Positions 1 to 8,548 of a DNA stretch of 64,000 bases are shown piece after piece. Under the pieces are notes generated by a model. It searched no databases. It saw only the letters and a list, made by a program, of their open reading frames with translations, and had not been told where the DNA came from. The translations under genes were made by a program, and so were the position numbers. The first letter of the stretch is position 1; every line of letters starts with the position of its first letter. Source of the stretch: an uncultured Actinomycetes bacterium (lineage in GTDB: Bacteria > Actinomycetota > Thermoleophilia > Gaiellales > Gaiellaceae); NCBI GenBank assembly GCA_963762085.1, contig CAVXJD010000003.1:64506-128505 (forward strand). Reading direction: 5' to 3'.

Positions 1-292
1 CCACTTCGGCGATCAGCTGGCTGCCGAGGCAGACGCCGAACGTCGGCACACCCGCCTCGAGGAGCTCTCCGATCGCCTTCTTCTCGGGCCGGAGCCATGG
101 GTGCGTCTCCTCCTCGTGCGCGTTCATCGAGCCGCCGAAGATCATGGCCGCGTCGTACTCGGCGACCGGGTGCGAGGGGGGCTGCTCGCCCGCGTAGTTC
201 ACCTGGTGGAGCTCGTGGCCCGCGTCTCGCACGGTCTCGCCGAAGACGCCCGCCTTGGAGTCAGGCCCGTGGACGATGGAGAGAACCCGCAT
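1..292 (-). CDS. type-1 glutamine amidotransferase (GATase1), truncated by window edge
   Basis: My minus-strand translation from the ATG (rc at 290-292) reads MRVLSIVHGPDSKAGVFGE...PTFGVCLGSQLIAEV. It contains the nucleophile-elbow G-x-C-L-G motif. The ORF runs off the window start. Confidence 0.6.
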   Translation of the reverse strand, partial: MRVLSIVHGPDSKAGVFGETVRDAGHELHQVNYAGEQPPSHPVAEYDAAMIFGGSMNAHEEETHPWLRPEKKAIGELLEAGVPTFGVCLGSQLIAEV

Positions 293-297
293 CGCGC

Positions 298-1155
298 CTA
301 GCCTAACGATGCCTCGCGACGCAGCGCGTCGTAGAGCTCCTTCGCGGCGGGGCCGGGAACGCCGTGCCCGAGGGGCCGGCCGTCCAGCTCGACGACAGGC
401 ATGACCTCCCGGATCGACGAGGATGTGAACGCCTCCTCGGAGCCCGCCAGGTGCTCGAGGGAAAACGCACCTTCCCGGACCTCGTAGTCGAGCTTGCCCG
501 CCTCCACGATTAGCGTTGCCCGCGTGACGCCGGCGAGGATGCCGAGCTCGAGGGCCGGCGTATAGAGGACGCGTTCGCGCCGCCACCAGACGTTCGTCAC
601 AGGGCCTTCGAGCACGACGTTGCCGCTCGCCAGGAAGACCGCGTCGTCGGCACCCCTCCGGCGCGCTTCGGCCTCTGCGGCCATGTTGACGGCGTAGCTC
701 GTCGACTTCACTCCGCCGAGGAGCCACGGGGCGACGGCACGAAGGTCGGCCTCGAGGCCAAGCGGCAGCGAGATCATCCTGATGCCCTCCAGCCGGCGCT
801 CCTCGAGGTCTTCCGGAATCGAGCTCACGAGCGCGAGCCCCGTGCTCTCCCCGAGGCCCTCCCGCCCGGCCGTCCAGTAGAGCCGCAGGGCGCAATCGGG
901 GACACCGGCCTCTGCCAGGGCGGCGGCGGCGAGGGAGTGGCACTCCTCGCGGTCGACTTCCGGCAGCCCGATGCGGGCTGCCGAGCCGGCGAGGCGATCG
1001 AGATGCTCGTCCAGCTTGAAAGGGCGGCCGTTGTAGACCCGCGTCGTCTCGAAGGCCGCACGTCCCCGGATCAGACCCTCGTCGTCCGCATGGAGGACGG
1101 GCTCTTCCGGATCGACAACGCCGCGGCCTCGGACCGCGAGGGCGAGCAATGTCAT
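298..1155 (-). CDS. pabC: class IV aminotransferase fold, likely aminodeoxychorismate lyase
   Basis: 285-aa ORF. Its N-terminus (GLIRGRAAFETTRVYNGRPFKLDEHLDRL) is typical of PabC/IlvE class IV enzymes. Its start overlaps the stop of the upstream chorismate-binding enzyme gene by 4 nt. Confidence 0.55.
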   Translation of the reverse strand: MTLLALAVRGRGVVDPEEPVLHADDEGLIRGRAAFETTRVYNGRPFKLDEHLDRLAGSAARIGLPEVDREECHSLAAAALAEAGVPDCALRLYWTAGREGLGESTGLALVSSIPEDLEERRLEGIRMISLPLGLEADLRAVAPWLLGGVKSTSYAVNMAAEAEARRRGADDAVFLASGNVVLEGPVTNVWWRRERVLYTPALELGILAGVTRATLIVEAGKLDYEVREGAFSLEHLAGSEEAFTSSSIREVMPVVELDGRPLGHGVPGPAAKELYDALRREASLG

Positions 1156-2204
1156 ACGAGCGCCGGCTCGGGCAACGGCGCGCCGATCGCTGCTAGGAGT
1201 GGGCGCGCCTTCACCCAGGACTCCTCGATCTCGGCCTCAGTCTCCGAGTCCCAGACGATGCCTCCGCCCACCCAGAGATGGATTCGGCCTTCAGCGATTG
1301 CGAACGTCCGGATCGTCAGTGCCAGGTCAAAGTCGCCGTTCGGGTAGATCCGGCCGATCGCTCCCATCGACGCCCCGCGCCCGACCGGCTCGAGCCGTGC
1401 AATCTGATCGACTGCAGCGATCTTCGGCGCACCCGTGATCGAGCCGCCCGGGAAGGTCGCCGCAAGGATCTCCGCAAGCCCGACGCCTTCTCGCAGGCGG
1501 CCCTCGACCGTCGAAACGAGGTGCGAGACGCCCGCGAGTCGGTGCTCTACGAGCAGCTCCGGCCAGCGAATGCTCCCGGGCTCGCAGACACGCGAGAGGT
1601 CGTTTCGCTCCAGGTCGACGATCATGACGTGCTCCGCTGTGTCCTTCTCGGATCCGGCGAGCTCGCCTGCGGCACCGAGCGGGCGCGTCCCCTTGATCGG
1701 CTTCGTCCACAGGCGGCGCCCGCGCCGGGCGAGGAAGAGCTCGGGGGAGGCCGACACGATCGCCCACCCGCCGCCCAAGAGCGGCTTGCCGTGGAGCGGT
1801 GCGAGCGGCGCCAGCCGGGCAGCCAGTCCTTCTGGATCCCCGTCGAAAGACGCAGAGAGATGCTGGACGAGATTCACCTGGTAGACGTCTCCGCGGGCAA
1901 TCGCATCCTGCACCGCCTCGATCGCCGCTGCGTAGCCGGCGTCGGTCCACGAGCGGCGCCAGGCACCGATGCGGAAGCCTCTTGTCCCGTCGCGCCGCTC
2001 GGTCCGAGGCAGGATTCTGCAGGCGGCGAGCGGAAGCCGGCACGGCTCGACCGGCAGGGGCGGAGTCGCATCGCGTCGGAGAACCTGCGAGAGCCCGTAG
2101 CCGAGGAACACGTCCGCGACCTGATCACCGCCGAAGAACTCGCGGTCCCGAAGGTAATCCTCCACCCGGGCGAAGGCGTCCTGCGCGTCCCAGAGCTCGA
2201 GCAC
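1152..2204 (-). CDS. pabB: chorismate-binding enzyme, aminodeoxychorismate synthase component I-like
   Basis: 350-aa ORF with a GTG start. The C-terminal signature FPGGSITGAPKIAAVDQIARLEPVGRGASMGAIG is the chorismate-binding family motif. The gene is operonic with the class IV aminotransferase. Confidence 0.7.
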   Translation of the reverse strand: MLELWDAQDAFARVEDYLRDREFFGGDQVADVFLGYGLSQVLRRDATPPLPVEPCRLPLAACRILPRTERRDGTRGFRIGAWRRSWTDAGYAAAIEAVQDAIARGDVYQVNLVQHLSASFDGDPEGLAARLAPLAPLHGKPLLGGGWAIVSASPELFLARRGRRLWTKPIKGTRPLGAAGELAGSEKDTAEHVMIVDLERNDLSRVCEPGSIRWPELLVEHRLAGVSHLVSTVEGRLREGVGLAEILAATFPGGSITGAPKIAAVDQIARLEPVGRGASMGAIGRIYPNGDFDLALTIRTFAIAEGRIHLWVGGGIVWDSETEAEIEESWVKARPLLAAIGAPLPEPALV

Positions 2205-2264
2205 GGCTCTACGCTAGTAGAAGAGCGCCACGGTGCGGTCCACGGCCGCTCGTAGAATCCTTGC

Positions 2265-3083
2265 GTGGACGGGCGGCCGATCGGCATCTTCGACTCCGGC
2301 GTGGGCGGGCTCACCGTTCTCCACGAGTGTCTCGTCACGATGCCTCACGAAGACTTCGTCTATCTCGGCGACGGCGCGCGGTGCCCGTACGGCCCGCGCC
2401 CGGCCGACGAGATTCGCCGCTTCGCGCTCGAGATCGCCTCCTACCTCGAGCGCTGCGACGTCAAGCTGATCGTCGACGCCTGCAACACCGCCACGGCGGC
2501 CGCGCTCCCGCTGCTTCAGGAGGAGCTCTCCGTCCCGGTTGTCGGCGTCCTGGCCCCGGAGGCGCACGCGGCCGTCCAGGCGACCCGGAACCGGAAGATC
2601 GGCGTTCTTGCAACCGCCGCGACCGTGGAGAGCGGGCGCTACGCGGCGACCATCCGGGCGCTCGATGCAGGCACGTCGGTCGTCTCGGTCGCCTGTCCGA
2701 AGCTCGTCCCCATGATCGAAGCCGGCGCTGTCGACGAAGGCCTGCATGCGGCCGTCCGCGAGTACGCAGCCCCGCTGCGAGATGCCGGGGTGGACACGGT
2801 GATCCTCGGCTGCACCCACTATCCGCTGATCCGTCCGGTGTTCGAGCGCGTCTTCGGGCGCGGCGCGGCGCTCATCTTCTCCGCGGACGAGACCGCGCGA
2901 GAGGTTGCCGAGACGCTGGCCCGGCGGGGTGTTGCCAACGACGTCTCGCGCGAGGGTGCGTGCCGGTTCCTGACGACGGGCTCGCCTGAGGAGTTCCGCG
3001 CGCTCGGCGAGCGCTTTCTGCAGCTTCCGATCGCGGCCGTCGAGCAGATTGCGGTCAGCGAGCTCGAGCTCGCCGCAGCATGA
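2265..3083 (+). CDS. murI: glutamate racemase
   Basis: 272 aa. Contains IGIFDSGVGGLTVLHE and a second catalytic Cys region, VILGCTHYPL. Confidence 0.9.
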   Translation: MDGRPIGIFDSGVGGLTVLHECLVTMPHEDFVYLGDGARCPYGPRPADEIRRFALEIASYLERCDVKLIVDACNTATAAALPLLQEELSVPVVGVLAPEAHAAVQATRNRKIGVLATAATVESGRYAATIRALDAGTSVVSVACPKLVPMIEAGAVDEGLHAAVREYAAPLRDAGVDTVILGCTHYPLIRPVFERVFGRGAALIFSADETAREVAETLARRGVANDVSREGACRFLTTGSPEEFRALGERFLQLPIAAVEQIAVSELELAAA

Positions 3084-3197
3084 CCGTCCCTCGCCTTCGG
3101 CTCGCTCCCGCGGAGGAAACCATGTTTCCCCCGCGAGCCCCCTTCTTACAGTCCAACGTGGAGGAACCTCCCGGTTCCCCCACACCCCCTCCACACG

Positions 3198-3224
3198 CTC
3201 ATAGGCCAAAGGTTGGCCTATGAG
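3198..3224 (+). promoter_or_regulatory. perfect 12-bp inverted repeat enclosing the rph start codon
   Basis: CTCATAGGCCAA-AGG-TTGGCCTATGAG. The ATG at 3220-3222 lies in the right arm. Confidence 0.4.
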
Positions 3225-3915
3225 CCGCGAAGGCCGTGGCCATGACGAGCTTCGCCCGGTCGCGATCGACACGGGCTTCCTCGAGCAGGCAGATGGCTCG
3301 GCCCTGATCTCCTTCGGCCGCACGCGCGTGCTGTGCGCGGCCTCGATCGAGGACAGCGTCCCGCGGTGGCTCGCCGGCAGCGGGCGGGGGTGGCTCACCG
3401 CCGAGTACGGGATGCTTCCGGCGTCGACCGGCCAGCGCATCCGCCGAGAGGCCAGCGAGGGAAAGCAGAAGGGCCGCACGATCGAGATCCAGCGGCTGAT
3501 CGGGCGCTCGCTGCGGGCTGCCTACGACATGCAGACGCTCGGTGAGCGGACCGTCTGGCTGGACTGTGACGTGATCGAGGCCGACGGAGGGACCCGGACC
3601 GCGGCGATCAGCGGCGCCTGGGTCGCGCTCGCTCGTGCGGCGGCGAAGCGTGGGCTGCCGGCTCCGGCCGACGTGGTTAGCGCGGTCTCGGTCGGGATCG
3701 TGGGCGGCGAGCCGTTGCTCGACCTCGATTACAGTGAAGACTCGACCGCGGAGGTCGACATGAACGTGGTCATGACCGGCGATGGGCGGCTGATCGAGGT
3801 GCAGGCGACGGCGGAGCAGGTGCCCTTCGAGCGGGCCCAGCTCGACGAGCTGCTCGGGCTCGCCGCCAAGGGAATCGACGAGATCGCGGTCGTCCAGCGA
3901 GAAACGGCGGCGTGA
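3220..3915 (+). CDS. rph: ribonuclease PH
   Basis: 231 aa. [40 protein letters not shown] is typical of RNase PH. The conserved rph-rdgB neighbourhood is present. Confidence 0.9.
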   Translation: MSREGRGHDELRPVAIDTGFLEQADGSALISFGRTRVLCAASIEDSVPRWLAGSGRGWLTAEYGMLPASTGQRIRREASEGKQKGRTIEIQRLIGRSLRAAYDMQTLGERTVWLDCDVIEADGGTRTAAISGAWVALARAAAKRGLPAPADVVSAVSVGIVGGEPLLDLDYSEDSTAEVDMNVVMTGDGRLIEVQATAEQVPFERAQLDELLGLAAKGIDEIAVVQRETAA

Positions 3916-4601
3916 ACGTGACCCCGGACATCTCGGACTGGGAGATTGCACTCCGGCTCGTGCTCGCCGCGGGTCTCTCCGGGCTCGTCGGCCTCGAGCG
4001 AGAGCTCCGCGAGCGCGCAGCCGGCCTGCGGACGCACATGCTGGTCGGGCTCGGCTCGGCACTCTTCACCGTCGTTTCCGCCTACGCCTGGGGAGACTTC
4101 GTCTTCGACCGCTCGCAGGGGACCGTGTTCGACCCGACGCGAATCGCAGCGCAGATCGTGACCGGCATCGGGTTTCTCGGAGCCGGCGCCATCATCCGCC
4201 AGGGGCTCTCGGTCCGCGGGCTCACGACCGCGGCGGGGCTCTGGGTCGTGGCCGCGATCGGAATGGCAGTCGGTGCCGGGTTCTACCTACCGGCCCTGGT
4301 CACGACCGGCCTTGTGCTGTTGGGGCTCGGCCCCTTCCGGTGGTTCGAGGGCTCACTCGGGCGGTTCCGTCGGGAGGGGCGTGTCCTCGAGGTCGACCTC
4401 GCCCCTGAGCAGCCCATCTCGGGGGTGCTCGCGGTGCTCGAAGGGCGGCGCAGCCGCGTTGACAACGTCGAGCTCGAGGACGAGGAGGACAGCCGCAAGC
4501 TTCGGATCGAGCTCGACCTCCCCTTCGGCGGCAGTGGGCGGGACGTCATCGAGGAGCTTTCCGCGCTCGATGAGGTGATCGGCGTCCGCTGGAGGCAGTG
4601 A
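3912..4601 (+). CDS. MgtC/SapB family membrane protein
   Basis: 229 aa. The N-terminal MgtC signature is [42 protein letters not shown] start with a GTGA overlap onto the rph stop. Confidence 0.8.
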   Translation: MNVTPDISDWEIALRLVLAAGLSGLVGLERELRERAAGLRTHMLVGLGSALFTVVSAYAWGDFVFDRSQGTVFDPTRIAAQIVTGIGFLGAGAIIRQGLSVRGLTTAAGLWVVAAIGMAVGAGFYLPALVTTGLVLLGLGPFRWFEGSLGRFRREGRVLEVDLAPEQPISGVLAVLEGRRSRVDNVELEDEEDSRKLRIELDLPFGGSGRDVIEELSALDEVIGVRWRQ

Positions 4602-5191
4602 GGCTCGTCCTCGCCTCCCGGAACCCGCACAAGGCGCGGGAGCTCCGCGTGATCGTTCCCAGCTGGGAGGTCGAGCCGCTCGAGACGGAACGGGAGCCCC
4701 CTCCGGAGACGGGGTCGACATACGCCGAGAACGCGTGGGCAAAGGCTCGGTTCGGCCGGGAGGTTCTCACCCGGGACGATGTCTGGGTGCTGGGCGAGGA
4801 CTCGGGGCTCGAGGTGGATGCGCTCGACGGGGTGCCGGGCGTTCTCTCGGCCCGCTACAGCGGTGAGGGAGCGACGGACGAGGCGAACCTGCAAAAGCTC
4901 CTAGACGAGCTCGCGGGGCAGGCGACGGACCGGCAGGCACGGTACGTCTGCGAGCTGGTGGGCATCGGGCCGGGCAGCGCCGAGATCAGGGCGACCGGCG
5001 AGCTCAGAGGCCGGATCGCCGAGGCGCCCTCCGGCTCGGAGGGCTTCGGTTACGACCCCGTGTTCGTGCCGGAAGGAGAAAAACGCACGGTGGCCGAGCT
5101 CGGCGACGCCTGGAAGGCCGAACACAGCCATCGCTCGCAGGCCGCGCGAGCCCTCGCACGGGCCTTGGAAGGCACCTCCCTGGTGGAGTAA
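4598..5191 (+). CDS. rdgB: non-canonical purine NTP pyrophosphatase (RdgB/HAM1)
   Basis: 197 aa. Contains [17 protein letters not shown] and FGYDPVFVP motifs. GTGA overlap with the upstream gene. Confidence 0.85.
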   Translation: MRLVLASRNPHKARELRVIVPSWEVEPLETEREPPPETGSTYAENAWAKARFGREVLTRDDVWVLGEDSGLEVDALDGVPGVLSARYSGEGATDEANLQKLLDELAGQATDRQARYVCELVGIGPGSAEIRATGELRGRIAEAPSGSEGFGYDPVFVPEGEKRTVAELGDAWKAEHSHRSQAARALARALEGTSLVE

Positions 5192-5200
5192 GGTGCGCCG

Positions 5201-5623
5201 GTGTCGCTCTTCTCACACGACACGAAGGCCGAGGCGCTCGGGCGCGTCCCGCTTTTTTCGGGCCTGTCGAAGAAGGAGCTGACTCAGCTCGCGAAGATCA
5301 CGGAGGACCTCGAGGTCCCTGCCGGCAAGGTGCTCTGCCGCGAGGGCGAGACCGCACACGAGTTCTTCGCGATCGTCGAGGGCGAGGTCGAGGTCACGCG
5401 TGGGGGCCAGGTGATCGCGACCCTCGGGCCGGGCGACTTCTTCGGTGAGATCGGGCTCTTCGAGCACATCCCACGAACGGCGACCGTGACGGCGAAGACC
5501 GCGCTCCGGTTCTTCGTGCTCCACAGCCAGGCCTTCTGGACCTTGCTCGACCACGAGCCGGACGTTCAGGCGAGCATCCTCCGCGCGCTTGCGAAGCGCG
5601 TCCTTGCGGATTCGACGATCTAG
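5201..5623 (+). CDS. stand-alone cyclic-nucleotide-binding domain protein
   Basis: 140 aa with a GTG start. CAP-effector-type motif GDFFGEIGLFEHIPRTATVTA. No output domain. Confidence 0.75.
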   Translation: MSLFSHDTKAEALGRVPLFSGLSKKELTQLAKITEDLEVPAGKVLCREGETAHEFFAIVEGEVEVTRGGQVIATLGPGDFFGEIGLFEHIPRTATVTAKTALRFFVLHSQAFWTLLDHEPDVQASILRALAKRVLADSTI

Positions 5624-5638
5624 CGCCTCGCGACTGGG

Positions 5639-6451
5639 CTAGGCGAGTCCGACCGGCGGCTCGTCGGTCCGCGCGCGAGCACGTGCTACCCACCAGTTGA
5701 TCTCGGCGCCCATGACGAGGATGTTCGCCATCACATAGAGCCAGAAGAGAAGCAGGACGAGCCCTCCGAAGGCCTGGAGGGTCACGAGCCCCTCCGTTAC
5801 GCGCACGAACAGCGGCAGAATCTGAAAGCTCGCCTGGAGGAGGACGGCCGCGAAGATGGCGCCCGGGAGCGTCTCGCGCCAGGTGAGTGCCTCGTTGGTG
5901 AGGATCCGGTAGACGCTCCACGCGAACCCGAGCACGAGCAGCGTCGAAACGGCAATGCCATAGACGTACGCGAGCACCGGCCCGATGTAGGTCGTGTCCT
6001 TCGCGAGCTCGACGCCGAACGAGCTGACGATGAGGGCCACGAACAGCATCACGAGGGCGGTGGCCGTCAGCAGCAGGACGAGGAGCTTCTGGTGGACGAA
6101 GGAGCGGTTCGGGAGTCCATAGACGATGTTGAAAGCGGACTCGAGCACGCTGAAAAACCCGAGCGCGCTCCAGAGGAGGCCTACTCCTCCGATGATGCCC
6201 ACCGTGCCGGCGCTCTCGCGGATCGAGTCGACGACGGAGAGGAGACGCTCGACCGAGCTCTGAGGGAAGGCGCGCTGGAGCTGCTCGATCAGGTAGCTCG
6301 ACTCGTTCTGCTCGCCGGTCAGCGCGACGAGTGAGAGCGCGAGGAAGAGGAGGGGGACGAACGCGAGCAAAGCGAAGTACGCGACCATCGCGGCGAGGTG
6401 CGTTCCACGGTCCCGCAGGAACTTCCCCAGGATCGCCGAGATGGCGCGCAT
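5639..6451 (-). CDS. YihY/BrkB family membrane protein
   Basis: 270 aa and polytopic. The N-terminus FLRDRGTHLAAMVAYFALLAFVPLLFL is characteristic of the family. Confidence 0.75.
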   Translation of the reverse strand: MRAISAILGKFLRDRGTHLAAMVAYFALLAFVPLLFLALSLVALTGEQNESSYLIEQLQRAFPQSSVERLLSVVDSIRESAGTVGIIGGVGLLWSALGFFSVLESAFNIVYGLPNRSFVHQKLLVLLLTATALVMLFVALIVSSFGVELAKDTTYIGPVLAYVYGIAVSTLLVLGFAWSVYRILTNEALTWRETLPGAIFAAVLLQASFQILPLFVRVTEGLVTLQAFGGLVLLLFWLYVMANILVMGAEINWWVARARARTDEPPVGLA

Positions 6452-6494
6452 CGCCCGAGTCTAGGAGCGATGGAGGCTGTGGTAGGTTGGCCGC

Positions 6495-6908
6495 ATGGAC
6501 GCCGCACAGGCGCTCGCCGACCTGACAGAGATCTCGACCCAGATTCAGGCGGCGCTGATTGCGGACGAGAAGGGGGCGGTTCTCGCGTCCACGTTCGCCG
6601 ATGACGCGACGGCCGGCGAGGTCGCGCGGTCTGCGCTCGAGCTCCTCGCTGCGGCCGAGGACACGGGTCGGGATGGGACCGTCAGCCTGACGCAGGTCCT
6701 GGCCGCCGCGGGTGCCGGTTCCGTCTTCGTGGTGCGCGGGGACGCCCGGATCGCCATCGCGATCACGGGCCCCGAGCCGACGGTCGGGCTCGTCTTCTAC
6801 GACCTGAAGACCTGCCTTCGGCTCTCCGCAGCTGAGCAGCCAGAGAAGCCCGCGAAGTCCAAGCGCTCCACCCGAAGCAAGGCAGAGGAGCAGAGCGTCG
6901 ATGCGTAG
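6495..6908 (+). CDS. hypothetical protein, Roadblock/LC7 (MglB-like) fold suspected
   Basis: 137 aa with high GC3. The size and pattern (IQAALIADEKGAVLAS...VFVVRGDARIAIAITGPEPTVGLVFYDL) resemble Roadblock/LC7. The tail is Lys/Ser/Glu-rich. Confidence 0.45.
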   Translation: MDAAQALADLTEISTQIQAALIADEKGAVLASTFADDATAGEVARSALELLAAAEDTGRDGTVSLTQVLAAAGAGSVFVVRGDARIAIAITGPEPTVGLVFYDLKTCLRLSAAEQPEKPAKSKRSTRSKAEEQSVDA

Positions 6909-7104
6909 GGCTGTTCGGTGGGGCGTCGTGGCTGTGGGATCGGCCGCCGGCCTTGCGCTCTGGCGGCGGTCGTCGAGCAAGGGCCGCGAGCGGGTCGAGC
7001 TGTATTACTCGGACGGCTCGATGGTGTCGTTCCCGGAGGACTCGACCGAGGCCGCGAGGCTCATCCCGCTCGCGCGTCAAGTTCTCATCAGCGCACGCCG
7101 GTGA
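6901..7104 (+). CDS. small protein with one N-terminal hydrophobic helix
   Basis: 67 aa with high GC3. Its start overlaps the upstream stop (ATGCGTAG). Its stop overlaps the pyrE GTG (GTGA). Confidence 0.4.
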   Translation: MRRAVRWGVVAVGSAAGLALWRRSSSKGRERVELYYSDGSMVSFPEDSTEAARLIPLARQVLISARR

Positions 7105-7643
7105 CGGACGCAGAGCTCGCGCAGAGAATCCGCGAGCGCGCGTATCTCGAGGGCGACTTCGTTCTGCGCTCGGGCCGCCGCTCCCGCTACTACCTGGACA
7201 AGTACCGGTTCGAGACCGACCCGGAGCTCTTGCGGGAGCTCGGCGAGCGGATTGCAGCTTTTGTGGCTACGAGCTCCGAGCGGCCCGACCGGCTGGCCGG
7301 CCCCGAGCTCGGCGCCGTCGCGCTCGCCGCCTCTGCCTCGCTCGCATCCGGGCTTCCCTTCCTGATCGTTCGAAACGGCGCGAAGGGATACGGGACCGAC
7401 CGGGTGCTCGAGGGTGTCTTCGAGCCCGGCGAGCGGGTCTGCCTCGTCGAAGACGTCGTGACCACCGGGGGCGCCGCGGTCAAGGCCGTCGATGAGCTCC
7501 GGGCGGCAGGTCTGGAGTGCCGAACGGCGGTCTGCGTGGTGGATCGGGAGGAGGGTGGAGTGGACGCTCTCGCCCGTCAGGCCGTCCGGCTGACGCCGCT
7601 CTTTCGCGCCAGTGAGATCGTTGCGGCCGAAAAAGGCCCGTAA
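7101..7643 (+). CDS. pyrE: orotate phosphoribosyltransferase
   Basis: The in-frame GTG at 7101 gives VTDAELAQRIRERAYLEGDFVLRSGRRSRYYLDKY. PRPP-binding motif CLVEDVVTTGG. The upstream part of the 241-aa track ORF is not PyrE-like. Confidence 0.85.
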   Translation: MTDAELAQRIRERAYLEGDFVLRSGRRSRYYLDKYRFETDPELLRELGERIAAFVATSSERPDRLAGPELGAVALAASASLASGLPFLIVRNGAKGYGTDRVLEGVFEPGERVCLVEDVVTTGGAAVKAVDELRAAGLECRTAVCVVDREEGGVDALARQAVRLTPLFRASEIVAAEKGP

Positions 7644-7653
7644 ACCCGCATCA

Positions 7654-7682
7654 TTGCGTGAAATCGCGGCCCCTGTTAGTCT
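7654..7682 (+). promoter_or_regulatory. candidate sigma-70-type promoter for hup
   Basis: TTGCGT (7654-7659), a 17-nt spacer, then TAGTCT (7677-7682), about 45 nt upstream of the hup GTG. Confidence 0.4.
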
Positions 7683-7725
7683 GGTGCCGCTTCACCACGG
7701 ACCCAAGACGGAGGAGGAGAGCGCA

Positions 7726-8004
7726 GTGACGAAATCCGAGTTTGTCGAGAAGGTGGCCTCCAAGGCTGACCTTTCGAAGCGCGATGCCGCCAAGGCGGTA
7801 GACGCCTTCCTCGACTCGGTTCAGGAGACCCTCGTGAGCGGTGAGGCTGTGTCGTTCACCGGTTTCGGCAAGTTCTCGCCGCAGCGGCGGAACGAGCGCC
7901 AGGGTGTGAACCCCCGCACGGGAGAGAAGGTCACGATCCAGGCAGCGACGGTCCCGAAGTTCTCAGCAGGCAGCGGGCTGAAGAGCGCCCTTCGCAACAC
8001 CTAG
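7726..8004 (+). CDS. hup: DNA-binding protein HU
   Basis: GTG at 7726 is preceded by GGAGGAGGAG. The product VTKSEFVEKVASKADLSKRDAAKAVDAFLDSV...GFGKFSPQRRNERQGVNPRTGEKV is classic HU/IHF. Confidence 0.9.
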   Translation: MTKSEFVEKVASKADLSKRDAAKAVDAFLDSVQETLVSGEAVSFTGFGKFSPQRRNERQGVNPRTGEKVTIQAATVPKFSAGSGLKSALRNT

Positions 8005-8030
8005 AAGGCTCGACCCTCCAACGTTCCGAC

Positions 8031-8060
8031 GAGGGCCGCCGCGAGGCGGCCCTCTGACTT
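8031..8060. terminator. hairpin between convergent hup and VOC genes
   Basis: GAGGGCCGCC-GCGA-GGCGGCCCTC is a 10-bp GC stem with a tetraloop. It is followed by TGACTTT, so the U-tract is weak. Confidence 0.5.
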
Positions 8061-8483
8061 TCAGGGCGTGAGGTGCACGGCGCCGTCGTCGTCGAGCGTC
8101 CACCTTGGGTTATGCGCGATCTCCCACGGGTGGCCGTCGGGGTCGGTGAAAGCGCCCGAGTAGCCGCCCCAGAACGTGGCCTCCGGTCTACGAGTAACGG
8201 CCGCCCCCCCAGCCTCGGCCTCGGCGACGACCGCATCGACTTCCCCCGGGGAGCGCACGTTGTGAGCGAGCGTGATCCCGCCCCAGCCGCCCGTGTCGTC
8301 GACCCCGGAGTCGGCGGCAAGCGCCTCGCGGTCCCAGAGGGAGACGACGAGGCCCCCGGCCTGGAAGAAGACGACGTCATCGTCGGGCGCCGCCCGCGTC
8401 GACCAGCCGAGCGCCTCGTAGAACTCCCGGGCACGGGCCAGGTCGCGCACGCCGAGCGTCACCACGCTGACTCGCTGCTCCAT
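8061..8483 (-). CDS. VOC (glyoxalase/bleomycin-resistance) family protein
   Basis: 140 aa. Contains VSVVTLGVRDLARAREFYEALGW and DPDGHPWEIAHNP. Confidence 0.8.
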   Translation of the reverse strand: MEQRVSVVTLGVRDLARAREFYEALGWSTRAAPDDDVVFFQAGGLVVSLWDREALAADSGVDDTGGWGGITLAHNVRSPGEVDAVVAEAEAGGAAVTRRPEATFWGGYSGAFTDPDGHPWEIAHNPRWTLDDDGAVHLTP

Positions 8484-8520
8484 GCCGGAAGCCTGTCACG
8501 GCCAGGAGTGGAGTTGAAGG

Positions 8521-8534
8521 CGAACATATGTTCG
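8521..8534. promoter_or_regulatory. LexA SOS box (Cheo-type)
   Basis: CGAACATATGTTCG is a perfect GAAC-N4-GTTC palindrome. It lies 15 nt upstream of the exonuclease/GIY-YIG gene. A TAGGAT -10-like hexamer sits at 8537-8542. Confidence 0.7.
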
Positions 8535-8548
8535 TCTAGGATCGACCC

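Noticed and set aside
5394-6980. A 528-aa minus-strand ORF, plus similar long ORFs: 14383..15783, 19512..21059, 23710..25560, 39318..41207, 47066..48382 and 52530..54176
   Set aside because: All lie antisense to, or out of frame with, well-supported genes. Their products are Arg/Pro/Gly/Ala-rich and low in complexity. This is the usual stop-codon-poor artefact of very GC-rich DNA.
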